From the NCBI GenBank assembly GCA_036278095.1, contig DASULS010000008.1, positions 7,974 through 71,973 on the forward strand: a stretch of 64,000 bases of DNA, in the 5' to 3' direction. This document shows, one piece after another, positions 46,358 to 54,769 of this stretch. The notes under the pieces were generated by a model. The model made no database searches. It was not told the origin of the DNA and saw nothing but the letters and a program-made list of their open reading frames with translations. Positions within the stretch are counted from its first letter, which is position 1. The number at the start of each line of letters is the position of its first letter. The position numbers and the translations under genes are program-made. This DNA comes from Solirubrobacterales bacterium. GTDB taxonomy: Bacteria > Actinomycetota > Thermoleophilia > Solirubrobacterales > 70-9.

Positions 46358-46996
46358 ATGAGCGACGAGGTCAAAACCGAGGAGCGCGGCGAGGAGGAGC
46401 GAGCGCTCGAAGTCGAGCTGATCGAGCGCCGGGAAGCGGCGCTTGCCCACGTGGTCAAGTTCGGCGACCCGGTGCTGAAGAGCAAGGCCTCGCCCGTCTC
46501 CAACTTCGGCCCCGAGCTGCGGGCGGAGGTCGAGCGGATGATCGAGATCATGCGCGACGGCCTCGGCGTCGGCCTGGCGGCGACCCAGCTCGGCGTCCTG
46601 CGGCGCCTGCTCGTCTTCCAGGCCGGCCCCGACGCCGAGCCGACCGCGCTGGTCAACCCCGAGGTCGAGTGGTTCTCGGAGGAGACCGCGGTCGCCGAGG
46701 AGGGCTGCCTCAGCCTGCCGCGGGTCTCGATGGACGTCGAGCGGCCGCTGTACGCACGCTTCAGCGGCCGCGACGCCGAGGGCGAGCCGATCGTGATCGA
46801 GGCCGCCGGACTGGAGGCGCGGGTCCTCCAGCACGAGCTCGACCACCTCGACGGCGTCCTGATCCTCGACCGGACCACGCGCGAGCAGCGCAAGGGGGCG
46901 CTGCGGGCGCTGCGCGAAGGGGGCAGCTACAGCCCCTCCTCGGAGGAGGAGATCGCCGAGGAGGGCGAGCTCCGCGAGCCGCGCACCGACGCGTGA
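46358..46996 (+). CDS. def: Peptide deformylase (with acidic N- and C-terminal extensions)
   Basis: GVGLAATQ, EGCLS and HELDH motifs. Confidence 0.9.
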   Translation: MSDEVKTEERGEEERALEVELIERREAALAHVVKFGDPVLKSKASPVSNFGPELRAEVERMIEIMRDGLGVGLAATQLGVLRRLLVFQAGPDAEPTALVNPEVEWFSEETAVAEEGCLSLPRVSMDVERPLYARFSGRDAEGEPIVIEAAGLEARVLQHELDHLDGVLILDRTTREQRKGALRALREGGSYSPSSEEEIAEEGELREPRTDA

Positions 46997-47898
46997 GGAC
47001 CGTCTACCTCGGCACCTCCGAGTTCGCCGCCACCGTCCTGCGCCGGCTGGCCGGCTCACCGCACCGTCCCGCCCTCGTCGTCACCCCGCCCGACCGGCGC
47101 CAGGGGCGCGGCCGCAAGGTCTCGCCGCCGCCCGCAGCGCTTGCGGCGAAGGAGCTGGGGCTCGACCTGCTGCAGGCGGAGAACGTCAACGACGAGGTGG
47201 CGCTGGAGCGGATCCGCGCCGCCGAGCCGGAGGCGGTCCTCGTCTGCGCCTTCGGCCAGCTGATCCGCGAGCCGCTGCTCTCCGAGTTCCCGATGCTGAA
47301 CGTCCATCCCTCGCTGCTGCCGCGCTGGCGCGGGGCGGCGCCGATCGAGCGGGCGATCATGGCCCGTGACGAGACCACCGGCGTCTGCGTGATGAAGCTG
47401 ACCGAGGGCCTCGACTCCGGCCCGGTCGCCCTGCGCGAGGAGCTGTCGCTCGGCCCAGATGAGGATTTCGCCTCGCTCTCCTCGCGCCTGGCCGAGGTTG
47501 GCGGCGAGCTGCTCGTCCGCGCCCTCGATCTGCTCGCCACGGGAGCGCTCGAGCTCGCCGAGCAGAGCGAGGAGGGCGTCACCTACGCGGAGAAGATCGA
47601 GCCGGGCGAGCGCCGCCTCGACCCCTCCCGGCCGGCGGCCGAGCTGGCAGCCAAGGTCCGCGCCCTCAATCCGCACGTCGGCACCTACCTGGAGCTCGGC
47701 GAGGACGAGCGCCTCGGCGTGCGCCGGGCGAAAGCCGTCGAGGCGGAGGTCGAGCCCGGCCGCCTCGTCGCCCAGGACGGCGCGCTCCTACTCGGCTGCG
47801 GCGAGGGAGCGCTGCGGCTGGAGGCGGTGCAGCCGCCCGGGGGCAAGCCGATGCCCGCCGACGCCTACCTGCGCGGCCACCCGCTGCCGGAGCGATGA
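46993..47898 (+). CDS. fmt: Methionyl-tRNA formyltransferase
   Basis: GTGA overlap with def. NVHPSLLPRWRGAAPIERAI motif. Confidence 0.9.
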   Translation: MRTVYLGTSEFAATVLRRLAGSPHRPALVVTPPDRRQGRGRKVSPPPAALAAKELGLDLLQAENVNDEVALERIRAAEPEAVLVCAFGQLIREPLLSEFPMLNVHPSLLPRWRGAAPIERAIMARDETTGVCVMKLTEGLDSGPVALREELSLGPDEDFASLSSRLAEVGGELLVRALDLLATGALELAEQSEEGVTYAEKIEPGERRLDPSRPAAELAAKVRALNPHVGTYLELGEDERLGVRRAKAVEAEVEPGRLVAQDGALLLGCGEGALRLEAVQPPGGKPMPADAYLRGHPLPER

Positions 47899-49277
47899 GC
47901 GACCGCCGCGTCTCCTCGGCGCGCGCCCTCGCCTTCGCCGTCGTCCGCGCCACCTTCGAGCAGGACGCCTTCACCGAGCGCGCCTTCCGCGCCGCGGCGG
48001 ACCAGCGCGGGGTCGAGGGGCGCGAGCGGGCCCAGGCGCAGCGCCTCGCCTACGGCGCCGTCCAGCGCCACGGCACCAGCGACGCCGCGATCGAAAGGCT
48101 GGCCGGCCGCTCGACCCGCCTGCTCGACCCGCCGGTCCTGGCGGCGCTCCGCCTCGGCCTCTACGAGCTGCTCTTCGCCGACGCCACCCCCGACCACGCG
48201 GCAGTCGACCAGGCGGTGGAGCTGGTCAAGGCGGCGGGGGCCGGCCACGCTTCCGGCTTCGTCAACGCGATCCTGCGCCGGGCGGGACGCGAGCGCGCCC
48301 AGCTGACCGCGGACCTGCTCGGCGACGACTCGACCCCGGCCGCCGCCGCGGTGGCGCACTCGGCGCCCCAGTGGCTGGCGGAGATGTGGTGGCGGGAGCT
48401 GGGGGAGGAGGCGGCGCGGGGCCTGCTCGCCGCCTGCAACGAGCCGGCCGCGGTGGCGATGCGGGTCAACCGGCGGCGCACCGATCGCGAGGCGATGCTG
48501 GCGCGACTGGTCGAGGCCGGGGTGCAGGCGCGTCTTCCCGAGGGCGACTGGCCGCTCGCGGCGCCGGAGATGCTGGCGATCGAGGGGCGCATCGGCGAGG
48601 CGGTGCCGGCGGCGATCCTCGCCGGCGAGCTGACCCCGCAGAGCCTCGGCTCGGCGGCGGTGGTCGAGGCGCTCGACCCGCAGGAGGGCGAGCACGTCCT
48701 CGACCTCTGCTCCGGCCCCGGGATCAAGACCGGGCAGATCGCGGCGCGGATGGGGGACCGCGGCGAGGTGATCTCGATCGAGCTCGACCCCGCCCGCGCC
48801 GAGGAAGTCGCCGCCCAGGCAAGCCGTCTCGGCCTGCGCTGCGTGACCGTGATCGAGGCCGACGCGACCCAGGCGGAGCTGGCACCCGGCTTCGACCGCA
48901 TCCTCCTCGACGCTCCCTGCTCGGACCTCGGCACGCTCGCCTCCCGCCCCGACGCCCGCTGGCGCAAGTCGCCGCAGACGATCGAGCGGCTGGTCGAGGT
49001 CCAGGACCAGATGCTGCGACGCGCCGCCGCCATGCTGCGGCCCGGTGGCGTCCTCGTCTATTCGACCTGCACGATCTCCCGCCGCGAGAACGAGGAGCGG
49101 ATCGCGGCGCTGCTGGCGGCCTCCGCTGCCGGCGAGGTGCCGCCGCTCGAGCTCGACGACCTCGGTGCCCGCGCGCCGCACCTCGCCGCCCCCGGCGAGC
49201 CGCGCTGCCTGCAGCTGCGCCCGGACCGGGACGGGACGACGGGGTTCTTCATTGCGCGAATTGGTAGGCCCACTTGA
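47895..49277 (+). CDS. rsmB: 16S rRNA m5C967 methyltransferase RsmB (Sun/Fmu)
   Basis: ATGA overlap with fmt. NusB-like N-terminus, then DLCSGPGIKT, LDAPCS and YSTCT motifs. Confidence 0.9.
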   Translation: MSDRRVSSARALAFAVVRATFEQDAFTERAFRAAADQRGVEGRERAQAQRLAYGAVQRHGTSDAAIERLAGRSTRLLDPPVLAALRLGLYELLFADATPDHAAVDQAVELVKAAGAGHASGFVNAILRRAGRERAQLTADLLGDDSTPAAAAVAHSAPQWLAEMWWRELGEEAARGLLAACNEPAAVAMRVNRRRTDREAMLARLVEAGVQARLPEGDWPLAAPEMLAIEGRIGEAVPAAILAGELTPQSLGSAAVVEALDPQEGEHVLDLCSGPGIKTGQIAARMGDRGEVISIELDPARAEEVAAQASRLGLRCVTVIEADATQAELAPGFDRILLDAPCSDLGTLASRPDARWRKSPQTIERLVEVQDQMLRRAAAMLRPGGVLVYSTCTISRRENEERIAALLAASAAGEVPPLELDDLGARAPHLAAPGEPRCLQLRPDRDGTTGFFIARIGRPT

Positions 49278-49323
49278 CGAGGAGGAGCCGGGTAAAACTG
49301 GCTGACCAGGCATTATTGGTCCG

Positions 49324-49575
49324 GTGAGCCACCCCAACCAGTCACCGACGGGGGACTCGAATCCCCTTGGCCGCGCGCCTTGCCCGAACTGCGGCGAGCC
49401 GTGGCTGCGCCCGACCCAGCTGCCGGGCCGGCTGCGCTGCGTCAACTGCCTCACCCGCTTCGAACTCGTCTCCCAGTGCCCCAACTGCGGCACCCACCAG
49501 ACGATCGCGCGGATGAGCCATACCGCCGACATGGAATGCCAGTCCTGCGGGTCATCGATGCTTCGCGTGGCCTGA
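49324..49575 (+). CDS. Small double zinc-ribbon protein (four CxxC pairs), function unknown
   Basis: GTG start. CPNC...CVNC...CPNC...CQSC. 83 aa. No SD seen. Confidence 0.5.
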   Translation: MSHPNQSPTGDSNPLGRAPCPNCGEPWLRPTQLPGRLRCVNCLTRFELVSQCPNCGTHQTIARMSHTADMECQSCGSSMLRVA

Positions 49576-49608
49576 GGGCATCCGCACGCGCTCAGTACTC
49601 TCACGCCG

Positions 49609-50295
49609 ATGAGTGAGCGCATGCGTGAGCTGATCGCCTCTCCGCGAGTGGCGCCGTCGATCCTCTCTGCCGACTTCGCCCGCCTCGGGGCGCAGATCGA
49701 CGAGGTGATGAGCGCCGGGGCGCGGGTGATCCACTTCGACGTGATGGACGGCCACTTCGTGCCGCCGATCACGATCGGCCCGCTGATCCTCAGCGCGATC
49801 GCCGACCAGGTCCACGACGCCGGCGGCGCCGTCGACGTCCACCTGATGATCGAGGCCCCCGAGCGTCAGATCGCCGAGTTCGCCAAGGCCGGCGCCGACT
49901 CGATCACCTTCCACGAGGAGGCGACCCCCCACGCCCACCGTACCCTCACCGCGATCAGAGACCTAGGGTGCCTATCGGGCATCGCCATCAACCCCGGAAC
50001 CCCCGTAGAGGCAGTCCAGGAACTGCGAGGCCTGGCCGACATAGTCCTCTGCATGTCCGTCAACCCCGGCTGGGGCGGCCAGTCCTTCATCGAGACCTCC
50101 CCCGAAAAGGTCGAGCGCCTCGCCCCCCTCGCCGGCAAAGCGAGGATCGAGGTTGACGGGGGCGTCGATGCCACCACTGCCGGTCCGCTGGCCGCTGCCG
50201 GCGCCAGCCTCTTCGTCGCTGGCTCCGCCATCTTCGGCGCCGACGACCCCGCAGCCGCCTACACAGCCATAGCCAACGCAGCAGGCGCCTCCTGA
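49609..50295 (+). CDS. rpe: Ribulose-phosphate 3-epimerase
   Basis: PSILSADF, HFDVMDGHFVP and MSVNPGWGGQSF motifs. Confidence 0.95.
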   Translation: MSERMRELIASPRVAPSILSADFARLGAQIDEVMSAGARVIHFDVMDGHFVPPITIGPLILSAIADQVHDAGGAVDVHLMIEAPERQIAEFAKAGADSITFHEEATPHAHRTLTAIRDLGCLSGIAINPGTPVEAVQELRGLADIVLCMSVNPGWGGQSFIETSPEKVERLAPLAGKARIEVDGGVDATTAGPLAAAGASLFVAGSAIFGADDPAAAYTAIANAAGAS

Positions 50296-50316
50296 GCTAC
50301 TGAGGGGGCGGTGGCA

Positions 50317-50395
50317 GAGGGGTCGGGAGTGTCTCGCCAGACACTCAACCCCGAGCCATAGCGAGGGGTGTCTGGCGAGGCACTCCCGACCCCTC
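50317..50395. repeat. Palindromic element: 28-nt arms (27 Watson-Crick pairs plus one G-T), 23-nt loop, between convergent rpe and antiporter genes
   Basis: GAGGGGTCGGGAGTGTCTCGCCAGACAC pairs with GTGTCTGGCGAGGCACTCCCGACCCCTC. Confidence 0.9.
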
Positions 50396-50397
50396 CC

Positions 50398-52104
50398 TCA
50401 ACCACGCGCAATCAGCGCCCCCGTGACCTCCTGCCACCAAGCCCGCTCAGCCGCATCCACATCAGGCCGCTGCACCCGCCCCTCGCACCAGTCGGCCAAG
50501 CTCCGCCGCCCCCCGATCGCGATCACGCCAGCGCCGGTGACGGCAAAGCGACCGTCGGCGAGGGCAACGAGGTAAGCGCCCCTCTCGGTGCGGCTGCGCA
50601 TCACGCGGACGATCGGGATCCCGTCGATCTCCTCGCCCAGCTCGCCGTCGTCGCGAACGGGCCGCACCGTGAAGACCTGCGAGGCGGCACGCCGCGGCAG
50701 CGGCGGCGGCGCGGCTTTGCCGATCGGGCCGCTCGCCCAGCGCTTGGTCAGCGCCTCGACTTCGTCGCGCAGCTCGCTGCGGACGAGGATGTGGAGCTCG
50801 TCGCCCTCGCGCAGCTCGGTCGAGCCGCGCGGCGGCAGCGCGGCGCCGTCGCGGACGATCACGTTGACCAGCGCCTCCCGCGGCAGCTCCAGCTCGCGCA
50901 CCGGGTGCCCGGCGGCGGCCGCCCCTGGCGGCAGCCGGTAGGCGATCACGTCGCCGCCCATGCGGCGGATCCGCCCCGACTCGAGCAGCCGCCGCGGCAG
51001 CGCCGGCTCGTCGGTGGTGAGGCCGAGCCTTCCCGCCAGCGGCTCGAAGCTCGCCCCCTGGACCAGGGTCGAGGTGACGACGACGAAGAAGACGATCGCG
51101 AAGAGCACGCTGCTCTCTTTGATCCCGGCGACGACCGGGAAGGTGGCGAGCCAGATCGGCGTCGCCCCGCGCAGCCCGGCCCAGCCGAGCATCATCCGCT
51201 CCCGCACGTTCAGCTGGGCCAGCGCCGTGGCGACGAAGGTCGCGACCGGCCGGGCGAGGAGGATCAGCACCGCCGAGAGGGCGAGGGCGTCGAGCGCGAC
51301 GTCGTTGAGGCTGGCGGGCGAGACCAGCAGCCCGAGCAGGATGAAGAGCGAGATCTGGGCGACCCAGCCAAGCCCCTGGTGGAAGGCGACGACGGTGCGC
51401 TGGGCGTGGATCCGGGCCGAGCCGAGCGCGAGCGAGGTCAGGTAGACGGCGAGGAAGCCGGAGCCGTGGGCGACCTCCGCCAGCCCGTAGGCGAGGCCGG
51501 CGATCGCCAGGGTGGCGACCGGGTAGATGCCGTCGTTCGGCAGCTGCGTGCGCTCGAGGGCGACCACGGCCAGCCGCCCCAGGGCGACCCCGATCGCCAC
51601 CCCCAGGCCCAGTTTCAGCGCCAGCAGGCCGGCCATGTCGGCGAAGCCGTAACCGGGTTGCTGGATCCATTCGATGAAGCCGATCACCAGCAGCAGCGCG
51701 ACCGGGTCGTTCATCCCCGACTCGCCCTCGAGCGAGCGGGCCAGCCGCTTCTCCAGGGTCGAGCGGCGCAGAACGGCGAAGATCGCGGCCGAGTCGGTGG
51801 CGGCGATCGCGGCGCCGACCAGCATCCCTTCCAGGGTGCTGAGGCCGAAGAGGAACTTCGCCGCGAAGCCGGCGATCACCGCCGTGATCGCGGTCCCGAT
51901 CGTCGCCAGCGAGGCGGCGGTGCCGAGCACCGGCCGGATCTCCGACCAGCCGGCGGTGAGCCCGCCCTCGAAGAGGATCAGGACCAGGGCGATCGTCCCC
52001 AGCGTCCGCGCCAGCTCGGTGTCGTTGAAGTCGATGCCGCCGACGCCTTCCGAGCCGGCGAGCATCCCCAGCGCGAGGAAGATCAGCAGCCCGGGCACCC
52101 GCAT
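50398..52104 (-). CDS. CPA1/NhaP-type cation:proton antiporter with C-terminal RCK_C (TrkA-C) domain
   Basis: Polytopic Na_H-exchanger-like region, then ELELPREALVNVIVRDGAALPPRGSTELREGDELHILV. The first canonical start is ATG 52104, but TM1-like sequence continues upstream. Confidence 0.85.
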   Translation of the reverse strand: MRVPGLLIFLALGMLAGSEGVGGIDFNDTELARTLGTIALVLILFEGGLTAGWSEIRPVLGTAASLATIGTAITAVIAGFAAKFLFGLSTLEGMLVGAAIAATDSAAIFAVLRRSTLEKRLARSLEGESGMNDPVALLLVIGFIEWIQQPGYGFADMAGLLALKLGLGVAIGVALGRLAVVALERTQLPNDGIYPVATLAIAGLAYGLAEVAHGSGFLAVYLTSLALGSARIHAQRTVVAFHQGLGWVAQISLFILLGLLVSPASLNDVALDALALSAVLILLARPVATFVATALAQLNVRERMMLGWAGLRGATPIWLATFPVVAGIKESSVLFAIVFFVVVTSTLVQGASFEPLAGRLGLTTDEPALPRRLLESGRIRRMGGDVIAYRLPPGAAAAGHPVRELELPREALVNVIVRDGAALPPRGSTELREGDELHILVRSELRDEVEALTKRWASGPIGKAAPPPLPRRAASQVFTVRPVRDDGELGEEIDGIPIVRVMRSRTERGAYLVALADGRFAVTGAGVIAIGGRRSLADWCEGRVQRPDVDAAERAWWQEVTGALIARG

Positions 52105-52221
52105 CCGGTCGGCGATCAGCGCTCCGGCGATCCCCGCGGCGAGGAGGACCCCGGCGATCAGGATCAGATGGGCGTCATGGGCACCGATCGGGCGACCCTA
52201 GACAAGAAGGTCGTCAGAGGG

Positions 52222-52324
52222 GGAGGGGTGGGTGCCCCTCTGCCGGAGACCGTACGTCTTAGAAGGGACCATCGGTGTCATCGGCTTGACCCAAAGCCTC
52301 CGTCAGAGGGGCACCCACCCCTCC
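52222..52324. repeat. Pair of inverted mini-hairpins (21-bp perfect inverted repeat, 61-nt spacer)
   Basis: GGAGGGGTGGGTGCCCCTCTG 52222-52242 is the reverse complement of 52304-52324. Each arm is itself GAGGGG-N6-CCCCTC. Confidence 0.85.
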
Positions 52325-53716
52325 TCAGACGTTCTCGTCCAGCATCCCGACCCGCACCTCGAGCTCCTCAGCTGAGCCCGGCTCTGGAACGTCTTCGGCG
52401 CGCTCGCGTGGGTGGCGGTAGACGAGGTAGAGGAGCGAGAAGAGCACTCCGGCGGCGACCAGGAAGCCGAACTCGACGCGGCGGAACTCGTTGTCGATCA
52501 GCGGCACGAAGTTCCAGGCGATGAAGAGGCCGGCGCAGGCGATCCAGCGTGCCGCCGCCCGTCGCACCTGGCCCTGGGCGATGCAGGCCTGGTTGACGGT
52601 CACCGAGGAGAGGTAGAGCCCCATCCCGACCGAGACCAGCAGCAGTCCCTCGCGGTCGTAGGTGAACTTCTTGGAGAAGGCGATCTGCATCAGCTTCGGC
52701 CCGCCGATCAGGACCACGACGACGACCAGGGCGGTGAAGGCGGCGATCCCGAGCAGGACCATCCGCACCGTGTGGTGGAACTCGCGCTCGGCGTCGGGGG
52801 CGTCGCTGTGGCGGAGCGTGGTGAGGTGGGGGAGGATGCTGGTCGAGACCGACTGGAAGAGCTGCAGCGGCGCCCGCGCCAGCATCAGCACGTTGAAGAT
52901 GAAGCCCGCCGCGGCGGCGCCCTGGAGGCCGCGGACGATCAGCGGCCCGGCGTTGAGGAAGGCCTGTTCGCTGAACATGATCACCAGCACGGCTGCCGCG
53001 AAGCCACCGCCATGGGCCAGCGAGAAGTCGTCAACGGCCGCCTCCTCCGCTTCGCGTCCGGGGGCGGCCGGCGTCGCCTCGGCGGTTTCCGCGACCTGTT
53101 TCTCTTTTTGCGCCCGGCGCGCAAACGCGAAGGGCACCACCAGGAGGCTCAGCGCCGGCGCGGCGGTGATCCCGATCGCGACCGCCGACTGGCCGCTGAG
53201 GACGCCGATCGCGACCATCACCGCGAAGATCGTGCGGAAGCACGATTCGGAGAGGATCATCACGACGAAGAGCCCGAACCGCTGCTCGCCGGCGAGGAAG
53301 CCGCGGGCGAAGTAGCTGGCGGCGTAGAAGAGGACCGAGGTGAAGAAGACCCAGTAGAGCGCTTCGTTGCCCTCCAGCAGGCTGTCCTGGATCGGGCCGC
53401 GCAGCGCCAGGGCGACGACGGCGAAGAAGAGCGAGAGCCCGAACTGGATCGTCGAGGCGACCCGCATCGGCTGGCCGATCGGCTCGCCTTTGACCAGCCG
53501 CTCGGAGATGTGGCGCGAGAGCAGCTGTTCGATCGGCCGGTAGAGGGTGGAGATGGTGATGAAGACCGCCGACCAGAGCACCGTGATCTGCCCGTAGTCG
53601 GGCTTGGAGAGGACGTGCGAGGCGATCAGGAAGTAGGCGTAGGTGATGACGCCGGTCAGCCCGACCCCGACCGCGAGGAAGCTCGCGGTTTTGCCGTAGT
53701 CGGCGGAGCTTTTCAT
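52325..53716 (-). CDS. MOP/Wzx-like polysaccharide or lipid-linked glycan flippase
   Basis: 463 aa with about 12-14 hydrophobic segments and the N-terminal pattern of polysaccharide biosynthesis (flippase) proteins. 4-nt overlap with the upstream GT2 gene. Confidence 0.75.
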   Translation of the reverse strand: MKSSADYGKTASFLAVGVGLTGVITYAYFLIASHVLSKPDYGQITVLWSAVFITISTLYRPIEQLLSRHISERLVKGEPIGQPMRVASTIQFGLSLFFAVVALALRGPIQDSLLEGNEALYWVFFTSVLFYAASYFARGFLAGEQRFGLFVVMILSESCFRTIFAVMVAIGVLSGQSAVAIGITAAPALSLLVVPFAFARRAQKEKQVAETAEATPAAPGREAEEAAVDDFSLAHGGGFAAAVLVIMFSEQAFLNAGPLIVRGLQGAAAAGFIFNVLMLARAPLQLFQSVSTSILPHLTTLRHSDAPDAEREFHHTVRMVLLGIAAFTALVVVVVLIGGPKLMQIAFSKKFTYDREGLLLVSVGMGLYLSSVTVNQACIAQGQVRRAAARWIACAGLFIAWNFVPLIDNEFRRVEFGFLVAAGVLFSLLYLVYRHPRERAEDVPEPGSAEELEVRVGMLDENV

Positions 53717-54702
53717 TCCCTCTTCTCGCTACCCGGCTCGTAGTGGGAGGGCTCGACCCCGAGCGCCAGCTCGACCCGCCGCACCCGCTCGAAGACGCGC
53801 TGGGTCATCACCCGCTGGCCGGCGAGCAGGTCGCCGATCACGCCGAGGGCGAAGAGCTGGACGGCGGCGATGAAGAGGACGGCGCCGAGGATCAGCGACT
53901 GGATGTGGCCGGTGCTGTCGCCGTTGAAGATCCAGTCGATCAGGAACGGCAGCCAGGCGGCGAAGGCGAGCGCGAGGACGACGAGGCTGGCGGTGACGAA
54001 GGCGCGCAGCGGCTCGTAGCGCGCGTAGATGCGGAGGATCGCCGGCCCGTTGCGGCGCACGTAGGCGCCGGTCGAGTCGAACAGGCGCGACTCGCGCGTC
54101 TTCGGGTTGGTCCCAACCTCGACCTCGTCGACGGCGACCAGCATCTTGCCGGCCTGGATCAGGCTCTCCAGCGTGTAGGTGAAGTTGTCGACGACCAGCA
54201 GCTGCAGCGCGGCCTCGCGGTTGTAGGCGCGGAAGCCGGAGGTGGCGTCGGTGATCTCGGTCCCGGAGACGCGGCGCACGACCCAGCTGCCGAGCCGCTG
54301 CAGCCGTTTTTTGCTGGCGGAGAAGTGGTCGATGTCGGAGACGCGCCGGTCGCCGACGACCATGTCGGCCTCGCCGGCGACGATCGGCGCCACCAGCTTC
54401 GCCACGTCAGCGCCCTGGTACTGGTTGTCGGCGTCGGTGTTGACGACGACGTCGGCACCGAGCTTCAGGCAGGCGTCGAGCCCGGCCTGGAAGCCCGCCG
54501 CCAGGCCCTTGTTGTTGGTCAGGCGGACGATGTGCTCGACCCCGCATTCCCGGGCAACCTCGACCGTGCGGTCGCTCGAGCCGTCGTCGACCACCAGCAG
54601 CTCGACCTCGTCGATGCCGGGGACCTGCCGCGGCAGGTCGGCGATGGTCTGAGGCAGCGTCTGCTCCTCGTTGAGGCAGGGGATCTGGATGATCAGCTTC
54701 AT
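53713..54702 (-). CDS. Family 2 glycosyltransferase, polyprenol-phosphate sugar transferase-like (two C-terminal TM helices)
   Basis: IPCLNEE, VVDDGSSD and NTDADNQ (DxD) motifs, with C-terminal helices as in GtrB/DPM1-like enzymes. Confidence 0.85.
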   Translation of the reverse strand: MKLIIQIPCLNEEQTLPQTIADLPRQVPGIDEVELLVVDDGSSDRTVEVARECGVEHIVRLTNNKGLAAGFQAGLDACLKLGADVVVNTDADNQYQGADVAKLVAPIVAGEADMVVGDRRVSDIDHFSASKKRLQRLGSWVVRRVSGTEITDATSGFRAYNREAALQLLVVDNFTYTLESLIQAGKMLVAVDEVEVGTNPKTRESRLFDSTGAYVRRNGPAILRIYARYEPLRAFVTASLVVLALAFAAWLPFLIDWIFNGDSTGHIQSLILGAVLFIAAVQLFALGVIGDLLAGQRVMTQRVFERVRRVELALGVEPSHYEPGSEKRE

Positions 54703-54769
54703 GGGTGGTCAAGCAGACTATTCGCGCTGGCGGCGCGAGGGGCGTAGACTGATTGACGAGTCAGTCAAC

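Noticed and set aside
49350-49366. tRNA T-arm-like GGGGGACTCGAATCCCC (possible tRNA or att remnant)
   Set aside because: No complementary acceptor stem, D-arm or anticodon arm could be built from the flanking sequence. It lies inside the zinc-ribbon ORF. I treated it as chance, or at most a fragment.
5545-52324. Could the recurrent palindromes be a CRISPR array or arrays?
   Set aside because: They are dispersed single inverted repeats kilobases apart with different sequences. They are not regularly spaced direct repeats with spacers, and no cas genes are present.
54703-54769. FMN (RFN) riboswitch upstream of the rib operon
   Set aside because: The gap is only 67 nt, which is too short for the roughly 140-nt RFN element, and it lacks its conserved strings. 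It contains only a 6-bp GACTGA/TCAGTC repeat.
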